From the NCBI RefSeq assembly GCF_006345805.1, contig NW_021835610.1:1-26138 (forward strand): a stretch of DNA of 26,138 bases, given 5' to 3'. Positions 1 through 10,434 of this stretch are shown one piece after another. How positions within the stretch are numbered: position 1 is the stretch's first letter; each line of letters opens with the position of its first letter. The position numbers and the translations under genes are program-made. The notes under the pieces were generated by a model. The model was not told the origin of the DNA. It saw nothing but the letters and a program-made list of their open reading frames with translations, and did not search any database. Origin of the DNA: Octopus sinensis (lineage: Eukaryota).

Positions 1-540
1 TGAAAAGGCAAGCCATTTGGCAAGACTTGACAATGATATTTAATTTAGATATATGATATCTAAATTAATATTGGGTCTATTATTTACATTATTTACATTT
101 GCTGGATATTTGCCCTAATCTTGTTGTTGTTAATCTGACCTTTGAGTTTCATTAACTTCTTAATCTGGTGTCTTCGCCATTTCACATTCTTTCATGTACG
201 ACTTTTCTAGATCTTCTTGGATTCTCTTTCTATCATAATCTCTGGTTATTTTTCCTAAGTAATGAAGATAACCTCTCTTTGATTTCCTTATTTAGTTAAT
301 GCTTTTTCCAACGGTTGTAATAGATCCTCTCACTGACGAGGGCATGTCCTGCCCTTTTCACTACTCTTCTAGCTTTATATGAATCAACAGGTGTCATTAT
401 AGTCAAGCCAGGTGTATTAGCTTTGAGTCTCTACATCTACACGGGAAAGTTAGATGGTTTGAAAGACGATCTAGTTTTTGATGGAGTTTCTCTATATATC
501 TCCATTGAAGTATAATGTCGGCTCCGTACTGATTAGATAA
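1..540 (-). mobile_element. Decayed N-terminal ORF region of a Penelope-like retroelement (continues beyond the window start)
   Basis: Minus-strand translation gives LSNQYGADIILQWRYIEKLHQKLDRLSNHLTFPCRCRDSKLI, then in another frame TPVDSYKARRVVKRAGHALVSERIYYNRWKKH*. This matches my recollection of the PLE N-terminal pattern YG...R..EK...KL.R..NHL.F..RC...P...A.+I++.A...L+.ERI. Frameshifts and stops are present. Confidence 0.55.
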
Positions 541-655
541 TACAGTTCTATATTTAAGAGATGAGGAATTATGTATATTATTTACAGATGGGGACAAATA
601 TCCGTCAAATGTAAATAATGTACATAATTCCTCATCTCTTAAATATAGAACTGTA
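541..655. repeat. Inverted repeat, 46-bp arms (541-586 / 610-655), 23-bp loop
   Basis: 541-575 TACAGTTCTATATTTAAGAGATGAGGAATTATGTA is the exact reverse complement of 621-655. The stem extends inward by 11 bp with one mismatch. Confidence 0.95.
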
Positions 656-735
656 AATATTGGGTCATCCCATAAACAATACGGTTTTTTTATACTTCTT
701 TTATTTTCCAAAATTAAGATAAACCAAGTTCTTTT

Positions 736-1891
736 TTTATCTAAAATATACTCTTCTTCATTTTCTTCAATGCTATACCATCTATCTGTTAGATATGCAA
801 GGCCCCTATTCCAAAATTCACTTATCCGTGACGAAAAATACACCTCCAGTACTGCTCTGACCTCGTCTACAGAATTCATATTTTTTCCGTCCAAATAATT
901 TTATGACCGCGGAATAACTGATAATGAGATGGGGCAATGTCCGGCGAATATGGTGGGTGGAGCATAGATTCCCATTTAAACTGCTCCAGCCTTTGGAATG
1001 TCATGCTCGCTGTATGTGGCCGAGCATTATCCTGATGGAAGATCGGCGAGCTGCCACAATCATTAGCACGCTGGATGAAATGCTTAGCAGTATTTCGCCT
1101 GTTACAACGTAGTGAGTTCAGTTTTCTCCGAGGTCGATTTTGCCTTTCATCTTTTCGGGGTCGATAAATTAAGTACCACTAAAACACTGGGGACGATGTA
1201 ATCGATTATCTCCCTCTCCCAAATTTCAAGTATTGTGCCTATAGTAGAAAGAATTATCCTGATAAAACAACACCTTTCGTTTTCAAACCAAAGATCGTCG
1301 TTTATCTTCTAACGCTAACTTCAGCTGCTCATGCAACTCGCAATAAATCTCTTTTGTTATACTTTGGTTTAGATTTAAATGTTCAAAGTGGACTCAAACA
1401 GATAACAACATCTTACGTGGGTGAAGACCTTCTTTAGCCTGGGGTGCCGGTGTAACTCCTTTCCCTACCCACTGTCTTCAGTGCTTGACATTATTATAGA
1501 GAACCCATTTCTCGTTGTCACCAGTCACTATTCACGTGAGACAGCACAGAAGGGCACACGTTCATTCTCTGCGCGCAATTGGACTTGGAAATTTTGTGAA
1601 GAACACTAAATCCAACCTTCTCTGCTAATTCCTCCACAGTTACGATAGGATTTCGCTCCACCAGGGTTTTCTGGACGTCCTCGTCGAGCTCCACAGATCT
1701 TCCAGGACGAGGCTCGTCTTCTAGGCTGTAGTTCTGGCTCGGAATTTCTGGATCCACCGTTCAAACTGGCTTACGCTTATTGTTTGATCCCCATATACTG
1801 CATTAATATTTCTAGCATTTTCTGTTGTGTTGTTGCCATTATTAGAAACATAAAACAAAATATACTAAATATGCTCTTTTGTCACTTTCAT
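736..1891 (-). pseudogene. Mariner transposase pseudogene
   Basis: Pieced minus-strand translation: MKVTKEHI*YILFY...NARNINAVYGDQTISVSQFERWIQKFR...SLEDEPRPGRS...VTGDNEKWVLYNNVKH*RQWVGKG...GLHPRKMLLSV*...KVLFYQDN[SINE]ARPHTAS...LHPPYSPDIAPSHYQLFRG...LDGKNMNSVDEVRAVLEVYFSSR...RW...EEEYILD. The TGDEKW-like, HDNARPH-like and YSPDLAP-like motifs are recognisable, with many stops and frameshifts. Confidence 0.93.
1037..1252 (+). mobile_element. tRNA-derived SINE (family A) inserted in the transposase, with an 11-bp TSD
   Basis: Head GGCGAGCTG...TTAGCACG...AAATGCTTAGC and body GAGGTCGATTTTGCCTTTCATCTTTTCGGGGTCGATAAATTAAGTACC are shared with the copy at 16442. ATTATCCTGAT occurs at 1026-1036 and 1253-1263, and the transposase frame resumes across it. 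Confidence 0.88.
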
Positions 1892-1972
1892 TATAGCTTT
1901 GAAAAAATAACTTAAAATCGAAATGCACTCTTCAAAACTTGTGCTAAGAATAAATACAAGGTAAAAGTAAAA

Positions 1973-2221
1973 GCTTTTCCTCCTTTCGGGGTCGATTAAA
2001 TAAGTACGAGTTACGCACTGGGGTCGATGTAGTCGACTTAATCCGTTTGTCTGTCCTTGTTTGTCCCCTCTGTGTTTAGCCCCTAAAGAAATAGGTATTA
2101 TGTCTCTCTTTACATTCCGCCGAGGTCATCTTTGCCTTTCATTCTTTCGGCGTCGAGTCTATCTAATCGACTGGCCGCCTCCCCCAAATTTACGGGCCTT
2201 GTGCCTAGAGTAGAAAAGTAT
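1973..2221 (+). mobile_element. 5'-truncated family A SINE, internally duplicated form
   Basis: CCTTTCGGGGTCGATTAAATAAGTAC...AATCCGTTTGTCTGTCCTTGTTTGTCCCCTC...AAAGAAATAGGTATT, then a second CCGCCGAGGTC..TTTGCCTTTCAT segment and the tail GTGCCTAGAGTAGAAAAG. Confidence 0.8.
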
Positions 2222-2270
2222 ATGTAAGTATATATAAATATTTGCGTGTATGTGTGTACGAATCTCACAC

Positions 2271-2362
2271 TCCCTCTCTCTCTCTCTCCCTCTCTCTCCC
2301 CCACTCTCCCTCTCCCCCTCTCTCTCTCTCTCTCTCTCTGCGTGCGTGCGTGTGTGTATGTG
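2271..2362. repeat. (CT)n/(TCCC)-rich tract followed by (GT)n
   Basis: Read directly. Confidence 0.95.
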
Positions 2363-3124
2363 TAGGTCCTACTCCTTTGCTGTTACATTTAAGTCATTGG
2401 AGTACGGCCACCACCAGAACGTCGTAATTTGTAAACCTACAAACATCTCAGTAAGCATTCATCAGCATTTTTCAATATTTATAGCCTCCATATTAGCCTA
2501 CGTATTCAATAATTTCCATAAATAATCGCGTAAAAATACCTATTTAGCGTTTGTACATGGCCTGATTCTGTCAAAGCGGAATCGAGTCATGCACCACCAG
2601 GAAAATTCAGCAGACGAAACAGTACAATTTACATGGCACTACTTCGCAAGCGCAAAATGACTTTAGATGATTGAAAACTGTTTCGTACGAACCGAGATAT
2701 AAATCACAAGAAATGAAGGAAAAATCGCGTTTAACATATTTATCTGTTTTCGAAATTACAGTTACCAGGAGTAAAACACACTGCGTGTTAATAATAACTC
2801 GGGAACATTCAGTATAGAATGTAGACACACACACACACACACACACACATACACACACACACACAAACATACGCACGCACATTATATCATACACACACGC
2901 ACACAGGTTTATTTATATTGGACCTAATACATTCCAATACGGCTGAAGCGTTTGTATATACCGTTAACGATAAGGTAAGGCAATTTAAAACTACTGCGAC
3001 GTTATTCTACCTGATTAATATGATCGGAGTTAATTGAATTAAACCACATCAAACGGACACGTCTGATATAATGTGTATGTGTCTATTATATATATATATA
3101 TATATATATATATTCACATATTCT

Positions 3125-3528
3125 GTTATTGGCTTCAGTCATTTGACTGCGGACATCTGGAGCACCGCATTAAGTCAAAAATACGACCTCAGGACTTATC
3201 TTTTGTAAGCCTAGTACTTATTCTATCGGTTTCTTTTGCTGAAACGCTAAGTTACGGGGAGGTAAACACACCAACATCGGTTGTCAAGCGATGGTGGGGA
3301 GACCACATATATTGTATATATATATATAATATTATATATATATAATATAAATATATGTTATATATACAACGGACTCTTTCAGTTTCCGTCTACCAATCCA
3401 CTCACAAGGCTTCCACTATAGCCTGAGGCTATAGTAGAAGACACTTCCCCAAGGTGCCACGCTGTGGAACTGAACCCAGAACCATATGGTTGAGCAGCAA
3501 GCTTCTTCCCCACACACCCAACCCAAGC
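3125..3528 (-). mobile_element. tRNA-derived CORE-like SINE (family B) with internal (TA)n
   Basis: Colinear with 10021-10434: CAGTCATTTGACTGCGG...GAGCACCGC...TTGTCAAGCG, internal TA tract, then TTCAGTTTCCGTCTACCAA...CCAAGGTGCCACGC.GTGG.ACTGAACCC. Confidence 0.85.
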
Positions 3529-3535
3529 CTGTTTG

Positions 3536-3537
3536 TG

Positions 3538-3585
<48 letters not shown>

Positions 3586-3629
3586 TGCATACACACACAT
3601 AGATATGAACTGTCTGAGTTTTTATATAT

Positions 3630-3677
<48 letters not shown>

Positions 3678-3750
3678 ATATATATATATCTCACGCATAC
3701 ACCTATGTATATATAGATATATACATATACATTCATACTTAATGCACACA
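3536..3750. repeat. Interrupted (TA)n / (CA)n microsatellite cluster
   Basis: Read directly. Confidence 0.95.
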
Positions 3751-4226
3751 CATAGTTTAATTCTGTGTATATGTAATTGTTCATGTATATAAAGATGTGG
3801 TCAGGACTGCTTGTCTGTATATGTCTACATGTCTATGAAGATACGACTGTGCGTTTTGTGTGTTTGTCTGTGTAGGTGAATGTGTGTGTATGAGTGTGTA
3901 GGTGTGTGAGTATGTTGTGTGCGTGTGTGTTTGTGTGTGTGTGTAAGTGAATATATACGCACTTATGAATATGCGTATATGCGAATGTATGTATGAATGT
4001 GTTTCCGTTTTTCATGCAGAAATACATCACATGAATCGATATTAACTATATTAGTATGCAGTTTACAATAGATGCTCCTACTTCAGTATTTCCCTGTTGC
4101 TACTCAGAAATATATACTTGGTGTCGCTGTTGGCGTTATGGTAGTTCATTTGATGGCTACTAGTCTAATTCTTCAACTTCTATTTACTTTGTTGCCATCC
4201 TTGTTCCTTCGTTGAATGACCTGCAC

Positions 4227-4408
<182 letters not shown>

Positions 4409-4516
4409 TACGAAGGACTTTCAGTTTCCGTCTACCAAATCCACTCACAAGGTTTTGGTCGGCCCGAAGCTATAGTAGAAGGTTCTTGCTCAAGGTTTCA
4501 CGAAGTGGAATAGAGT
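4409..4516 (-). mobile_element. Family B SINE fragment (5' half)
   Basis: TTCAGTTTCCGTCTACCAAATCCACTCACAAGG.TTTGGTCGGCCCG..GCTATAGTAGAAG matches 10288-10350. Confidence 0.85.
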
Positions 4517-4754
4517 GGTGCCTTGGGTTATTCTTTTATATCTGAAGGTTGTCTAATTGAAAAGTAAAAAGAATCAAGTATCACCTAAACAAAGAGAAAT
4601 GAGTTCTTAAGATAAAGTCCAGTTTTGAGTTTTATTTTCTATGGTCTCTCTCATCTATTTGGCTCAGTAGAATACCACCAAAATTGTGTTTCTACACAAA
4701 GCATCAAGAGCCAATTAGGGTAATGGAATCAGTCATTAGCAAAGTTTTACCTAT

Positions 4755-5882
4755 AATAGGAACTGAACTCAAAATTTCAAATTCATGAAATACTTGTTAA
4801 TTATAGAAAGGTCTGCTGGCGACTGTTGCGGGATTTATCTGCAGGTCTGTCACAAACCTGTAGATTTATCCCGGTTTATATAATGTACAATTGACCGAGA
4901 GGTTACTATTCTCCCTACCAACCCACGAATCGAAACATAACGCCAGTCCATCCTAGAGTGAAATTCGAGTCCTTATCGCCGCCGCCCCAAACGCCCACGC
5001 CGCGGCGGCTTAGCCACTGCTACTGATGATAGTGCTCATTTTTAGTTAAATGAACTGAAGTAACGAGAAACAAAGTGCCTTGCTCAAGGTCACAAAGTAT
5101 CTCCCGAACCAGGAATCGAAGCCACAACCTGATGATAGAGAGTCCAGTTGCTTAATAACTAAGTCACACGCCCTCTGATTTAATTAAAACTGAATCCTAT
5201 TTACAGTCACTTGGACTGTGTCATTTGATATTTAAATGTCTTCGCCATAGAAATCATAGATGCCTTAGAAGAATCATACTTAGCTGGTATTGATTGATGC
5301 AGTAAGCTACTACTAAGAAATCGACACAAAGGAAAACGCTTGATGCATCAAGCTTCAACCTAGCTACAAGGCTTTATATGAATTCACTATTTGAAAACGA
5401 TATACTGTGATATATGAGATTCATTTCAAGTCGAAGGTAAACGTTCGTTTTTATCAAGGAATCATTGAAAAATTAGAAATTTTTAAAATAATTTTTGACA
5501 GTATTATTCCTATTTCGATTCCTGGTTCGGGAGATACTTTGTGACCTTGAGCAAGGCACTTTGTTTCTCGTTACTTCAGTTCATTTAACTAAAACTGAGC
5601 ACTATCATCAGTAGCAGTGGCTACGCCGCGGCAGCGTGGGCATTTGGGGCGGCGGTGGCGACAGTGACTCGAATTTCACCCTAGGATGGACTGGCGTTGT
5701 GTTTCGATTCGTGGGTTGGTAGGGAGAATAGTAACCTCTCGGTCAATTGTACATTATGTTAACTGGGATAAATCTACAGGTTTGTGACAGACCTGCAGAT
5801 AAATACCGCAACAGTCGTCAGCAGACCTTTCTATAATTAACAAGTATTTCATGAATTTGAAATTTTGAGTTCACTTCCTATT
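4755..5882. repeat. Long inverted duplication: arms 4755-5120 and 5514-5882, 393-bp spacer
   Basis: The arms align as reverse complements over ~366/369 bp with roughly 20 differences, including a 3-bp indel (by eye, ~95%). The direct repeat TTCCTATTTCGATT occurs at 5507-5520 and 5875-5888. Confidence 0.97.
5034..5176 (-). mobile_element. tRNA-derived CORE-like SINE head (family C), partly copied into the right arm (5514-5600)
   Basis: Minus strand: GGCGTGTGACTTAGTTATTAAG (A-box-like)...GGCTTCGATTCC (B-box-like)...TGTGACCTTGAGCAAGGCACTTT (CORE-like). Confidence 0.7.
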
Positions 5883-6398
5883 TCGATTAGATTATTATTA
5901 CAGAACCAAGTCATTCCTGTACTTGCACTCCCATGGTTATATCATCAAGCGAAATCCAACAGATGTACATGCAACATCGATTGTTTTACATTTATCGTAG
6001 ATTAGGTTTCTGTACTGATATTGTTAATAATGAATCTATTTTCTGAGAGTCACGTTGTCGAAAGCAATATGTATGTTTTGCTAGTGGATATATGAATACA
6101 ATTTCCGTTTATACGATATAACGCTACTATCTATATACTATTATTTTACCGATTTCTCTTCAACATCAGAAGAGAAAGCCTGTTAGTTGAAGCTATAAAC
6201 AGGGACATGAATTGCGTAGCTTCGGGAGGAAATGGAATGGAATGATTAAAAAAACAAAAAAAGTACACACATCTTTTCTGTCTCTCTTCTGTACTCCGCC
6301 TCCACATACACGCACATGTATATACGTACTCATGCATGTATGTGTGTGTGTTTGTAAGTGTATATATATATATATATACATACATACATACATACTTT

Positions 6399-6451
<53 letters not shown>

Positions 6452-6566
6452 AATAGTAAAAAGTGAAAAGACTACAGAAGGCTAGTTTTAAAAGGTTAAA
6501 AAAATATATTTGAGTCAATATGTCTGAAGAATATTATAAATTTTTTCTTACAATGACATAATTTAG

Positions 6567-6606
6567 AAGAAATGACCGGTTTCGCGTTTAGCTTTTCAAA
6601 TTTCTT
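6567..6606 (-). ncRNA. Minimal type I hammerhead ribozyme, U3-A8 core variant
   Basis: Minus strand: AAGAAAT-TTGAAAA-GC TAAAC GC-GAA-ACCGGT-C-ATTTCTT. Perfect 7-bp stem I, 2-bp stem II, palindromic stem III ACCGGT, GUC triplet. Same strand as, and 3' of, the PLE ORF. Confidence 0.75.
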
Positions 6607-6774
6607 ACGTCGTTATGTTTATGTTGAGAAGAGTTATCGTTATGTTATGTTGAAGAGAGTTCTAGATAAGGGGAGGTAATAAGTGATTTCTTCCGGTGGT
6701 AAGGGAGATAATCGCTTAAAATTTTTGGCCTTTCCTTTGGGGTGAATTTCTCTGTATAAGTATGTTGGGATGGT

Positions 6775-7178
6775 TAAGTCTGGGCTTGTACTTTTCAATG
6801 AGAATGTTTCCTTGTTTAGTCTAATTTGTGTTGGTGTTCCGATAGCACATTGGTAAAATGGAAAGATTAAAATTGTGGTAGTAGTTGCTTTGCGCATTTC
6901 TCAATGTGCTCACTAAAAGGTATCATTCTGTATTCTGGGAATGCAATCTGTTGTCGATGCAGTGTGCATCTACGTCTTAGTGATAGTCCCGTGGATCCCA
7001 CGTAGTCTTGGTGGCAGCCCGAGCATTTTATGACATAAATTATGTTTTCAGAGGCACAAGTAAAATTAGATTTGATCTTGAATTTCTGTCCCTCTTTGAA
7101 GAGGAATTCTGATCCTTCTAGCAGGTTTGGACATGTTGCACAGTTCGGTCTACCACATTTTTTTACTTTTGCATCCAT
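6775..7178 (-). pseudogene. GIY-YIG endonuclease domain of the PLE (ORF 6867-7178 plus a frameshifted tail IFPFYQ...RLNKE...)
   Basis: NIIYVIKCSGCHQDYVGST..SLRRRCTLHRQQI...FSEH; the catalytic-type R and the downstream E are recognisable. Confidence 0.88.
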
Positions 7179-7853
7179 AATTTCAGAAGCAATTTTGCCT
7201 TTGTGAGAATCTTTTTAAGTGATTTAGGTTGTTTGTAGCTTTTAATGATTTGGTTATGTTTAGAATTTCCTTTAATTTGGGGTCCTTATGAAGTATTGGT
7301 AATTCTGGGTGATGATGGTGAAGGCTTCTTTGTTTCTGGGGTTGTATGTGGATATGTAAGGTAGTATTTTCTGGGAAGGTGTGTTGTTGTGTTGAACTTT
7401 TCTTAAAGTTTCTATGTTGATTTCTGTTGCACGTCTGATCCATCCTCTATGAGTTGAGCTGGGTAATGTCTGTCAATTAGGATGTTTTTGAGTTCTTGCA
7501 GTCTAAAGTGCCTGGTATTTTGTTCTGACACTATTGTGCATATCCTTCTTGCAAGGTTGAAGGGATGTTTGTTTTAGTGTGTCTTGGTTGGCATGAATTA
7601 AAAAAGAAGTATTGTTTGGCGTCTGTGGCTTTGTAAAATATGTCTGTTTCTATTTAAGGTTACTTTTCTTAATTAGTATATCCAAGAATGGGAGCTCCTT
7701 TTGGTTGTATTCCATTCTGAACTGTATATTTGGGTTTATGCTGTTCAATAGGTTTTTAAATTTTAGGAGTTTATCTTTTAGTTAAAGTTAAAGGAAGAGA
7801 GGGCCAAGAAATGTGAGAGACGGATATAGATACATACACACCACACAACACAC

Positions 7854-7867
<14 letters not shown>

Positions 7868-7930
<63 letters not shown>
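7868..7930. repeat. (TA)n microsatellite (preceded by (CA)n)
   Basis: Read directly. Confidence 0.97.
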
Positions 7931-7935
<5 letters not shown>

Positions 7936-7936
7936 G

Positions 7937-7968
7937 GATAATATCGATATTTAAATATCGATATTATC
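7937..7968. repeat. Perfect 32-bp palindrome
   Basis: GATAATATCGATATTT|AAATATCGATATTATC, no spacer. Confidence 0.97.
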
Positions 7969-10020
7969 AAGTGGCAAGCATGGGAAAAATACCATACAAA
8001 GGTAATAATTTTTTACAACTAAAAATAGGGTGTATGAGAGTGTCTAAGGGTGTCTTATCTCATGTGTCGATATTGAACATTTAACGTGGTTTTTAGAGTC
8101 AGGATTTGACTGCTATTTCGGCATGGTGGTGTCCCTTATTTTTAGTTATATATATATATATATATATATATTATGTGTGTTTGTGTGTATGTATATATAT
8201 ATATATTTATATATATATATATATACATACATATACATGGCAATAGGGTCATTGCGTGTTAATTGAATTATTAGAATAAGTACCATATCACCAAAGTGCT
8301 GGCTATCATCCAAATAGCAAAATACCAATATAAAATTTTGCTATTTGGAAGAAACCTGATTGCAGTGATACACTGATGCTTCAGAAAGAAGTGATTCTTT
8401 AATTTTAATTTTTTTATTTTTCATATGGGAGCACAGAGTTAAGATTAATCTAGATGAAAGGTTAAATGAACGAAGAAAAGTGGATTATTCCTTATCTCGA
8501 AACATCTATAGATATTGTTTTTATCCGCAGATTACTCCTGGTCGGGTAGATTTATAATGAAATCATACGGGCAGTGACAATCTATGAGGATTGCGATAAG
8601 TTTTTTGATAGTATCGGATTGGGTCATGATTTAAATGGAAAAACCAATTGAAGTGAGAACAATAATTACGGCGTCTTTGATATATTTGTTAGCTTTTTTA
8701 TATTAGTAATGTTGTAATCAATGCCAGCCGTTATTGCCGCTGATACAAAATTTCACGTGATGAAAAGTAGTTCTGCATACTTCTCGGAGTGGCCGCAATC
8801 GAAATGAATTTCTCAACATAGCGCCAGGAATCTCTGCCCGACCCCATTAGGCTTGGTAGGCCTTTCGACCTGTGTGTTTCTACTGATAACATAAATGTAC
8901 TTGAGATTATTCCTCCTCTATAATTGTACATAAATGTTCAAAATATAGCATCAGAATTTAAAATATAATGCAGCCTGTTGTTTAGCACAACAGAAATGGA
9001 CTGCAAAGCCTATTCACGTCGAACATCAATTGTAGGGGTAGACAGAAAGTCTCCATAAATCCCTGGATTACCAGGGATTTATGTGAAAGACTCGAAGATG
9101 TCAAATAAATGTTGTTTGCTTCTATTTATAAAAGGAAATAAAATAAGTCACAGATCTAGAGTCTGTTAGATTGTCATAATTATAAAGAAGAAAGTTGAAG
9201 TATATCTAAAAAGATCCTTTACGCTTGAACGTCTATATTTGCTAGTACTAGTAGAAACCAAATATAAACTTAGTTTTTTTTTATTTAAAACTTCCTTACG
9301 TACATATTTTATGGTTCTTACACCATGGAATCGTAGCTGAATAGTAACTACAATAAAAAACGTTATTTTTTAAATTCACTATATGTTATATGAAAGACGA
9401 TGAATTAGCTACTACTGCTACAAATTACCACTTACATATTCACGTGTACACACAAGCACGCACGCACACAGTTAATTTATTAACTTCATTCGATCTCAGT
9501 CCTTCATTGGTATTTATTTTATCAACCTCGCAATAATGACAAAGTTACCCTCACTCGGATTCGAACACTGAACACGTATCAAGGGTATATTATCATGTCT
9601 GTACACCCAGTCTGTATTCTGTATCTGTAAACCCATGCGTATAACCCTTTCGCGTCCCATCCATCTTTGTATATTTACTCTGACTATGCTTGCATCGGCA
9701 ACATTTTCATGGGATACCGAAATACAGCAAGTACTAGAAAAAACGAGATTCGTGATTACGAGTTGTATCTAACCGCCTGAACAACGATGCGCAACGGTCA
9801 AACAAGGATCAAAGATCAATGCGCAACAGCCAGACAAATTAACCGGATTCCATATAAATATGGACTATTCCACGGAATACATCGTGCAACACTATAGTCT
9901 GATTGTTGTGTCGGCCTATTGAGTTAGAGAGTGGACAGTCCTACAAATATATTTGGATAATCTACCGTTGTATAATGAATATTAACGAACCTACAAGGAA
10001 GTTATGAAAAGTACATGGCT

Positions 10021-10434
10021 TTACTATTTTACTCTTTTACTCTTTTACTTGTTTCAGTCATTTGACTGCGGCCATGCTGGAGCACCGCCTTTTGTCGAGC
10101 AAATCGACCCCGGGACTTATTCTTTGTAAGCCCAGTACTTATTCTATCGGTCTCTTTTGCCGAACCGCTAAGTGACGGGGACGTAAAGACACCAGCATCG
10201 GTTGTCAAGCAATGCTAGGGGGACAAACACAAACATATACACACACACTTATATATATATATATATACATATATGCGACAGGCTTCTTTCAGTTTCCGTC
10301 TACCAAATCTACTCACAAGGCATTGGTCGGCCCGGGGCTATAGCAGAAGACACTTGCCCAAGATGCCACGCAGTGGGACTGAACCCGGAACCATGTGGTT
10401 GGTTAGCAAGCTACTTACCACACAGCCACTCCTT
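10021..10434 (-). mobile_element. Near full-length family B tRNA/CORE-like SINE with internal microsatellite and (AGTAAAAG)n tail
   Basis: Minus strand: AGGAGTGGCTGTGTGGTAAG (A box), GGTTCAGTCCC (B box), CATCTTGGGCAAGTGTCTT (CORE-like), internal (TA)/(TG) tract at ~10233-10274, 3' end TGACTGAAACAAGTAAAAGAGTAAAAGAGTAAAATAG. Confidence 0.92.

Larger units (their letters stand above)
660..1965 (-). mobile_element. Degenerate mariner (DD34D-type) DNA transposon; 3' TIR at 660, 5' TIR not visible
   Basis: TA at 658-659 is followed by TTGGGTCATCCCATAAA, a mariner-like TIR resembling the one at 17222. Transposase pseudogene inside; interrupted by a SINE at 1037-1252. Confidence 0.9.
6449..7795 (-). 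mobile_element. 5'-truncated Penelope-like retroelement (Neptune-type): RT C-terminus, thumb, Cys-rich linker, GIY-YIG endonuclease, 3' UTR with hammerhead
   Basis: Pieced translation: LLNSINPNIQFRMEYNQKELPFLDILI (RT motifs 6-7); ETDIFYKATDAKQYFFFNSCQPRHTKTNIP/FNLARRICTIVS...RLQELKNILIDRHYP (thumb); KCGRPNCATCP...FTCASENIIYVIKCSGCHQDYVGSTGLSLRRRCTLHR (C-C-C knuckle plus GIY-YIG-like IIY..YVG). Frameshifted. Bounded by (TA)n tracts on both sides. Confidence 0.92.

Noticed and set aside
333-360. CTGACGA followed by a GGGCA/TGCCC hairpin, as a hammerhead
   Set aside because: The hairpin is followed by TTTT rather than GAAA, and it lies in the antisense of PLE coding sequence (KRAGHALVSER).
403-894. 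163-aa ORF, the longest in the window, as a real or chimeric gene
   Set aside because: It is the mariner transposase C-terminus reading through a lost stop (YILD-K), across the TIR and hairpin, into a PLE N-terminal frame. It starts at an internal Met and both parts are pseudogenised.
5020-5140. CTGATGA motifs in the inverted-repeat arm and SINE head
   Set aside because: No paired stem II closing onto GAAA.
5034-5176. tRNA genes at SINE heads (also 10370-10434 and 16442-16530)
   Set aside because: A/B boxes are present but there is no complete cloverleaf, and each continues into a SINE body.
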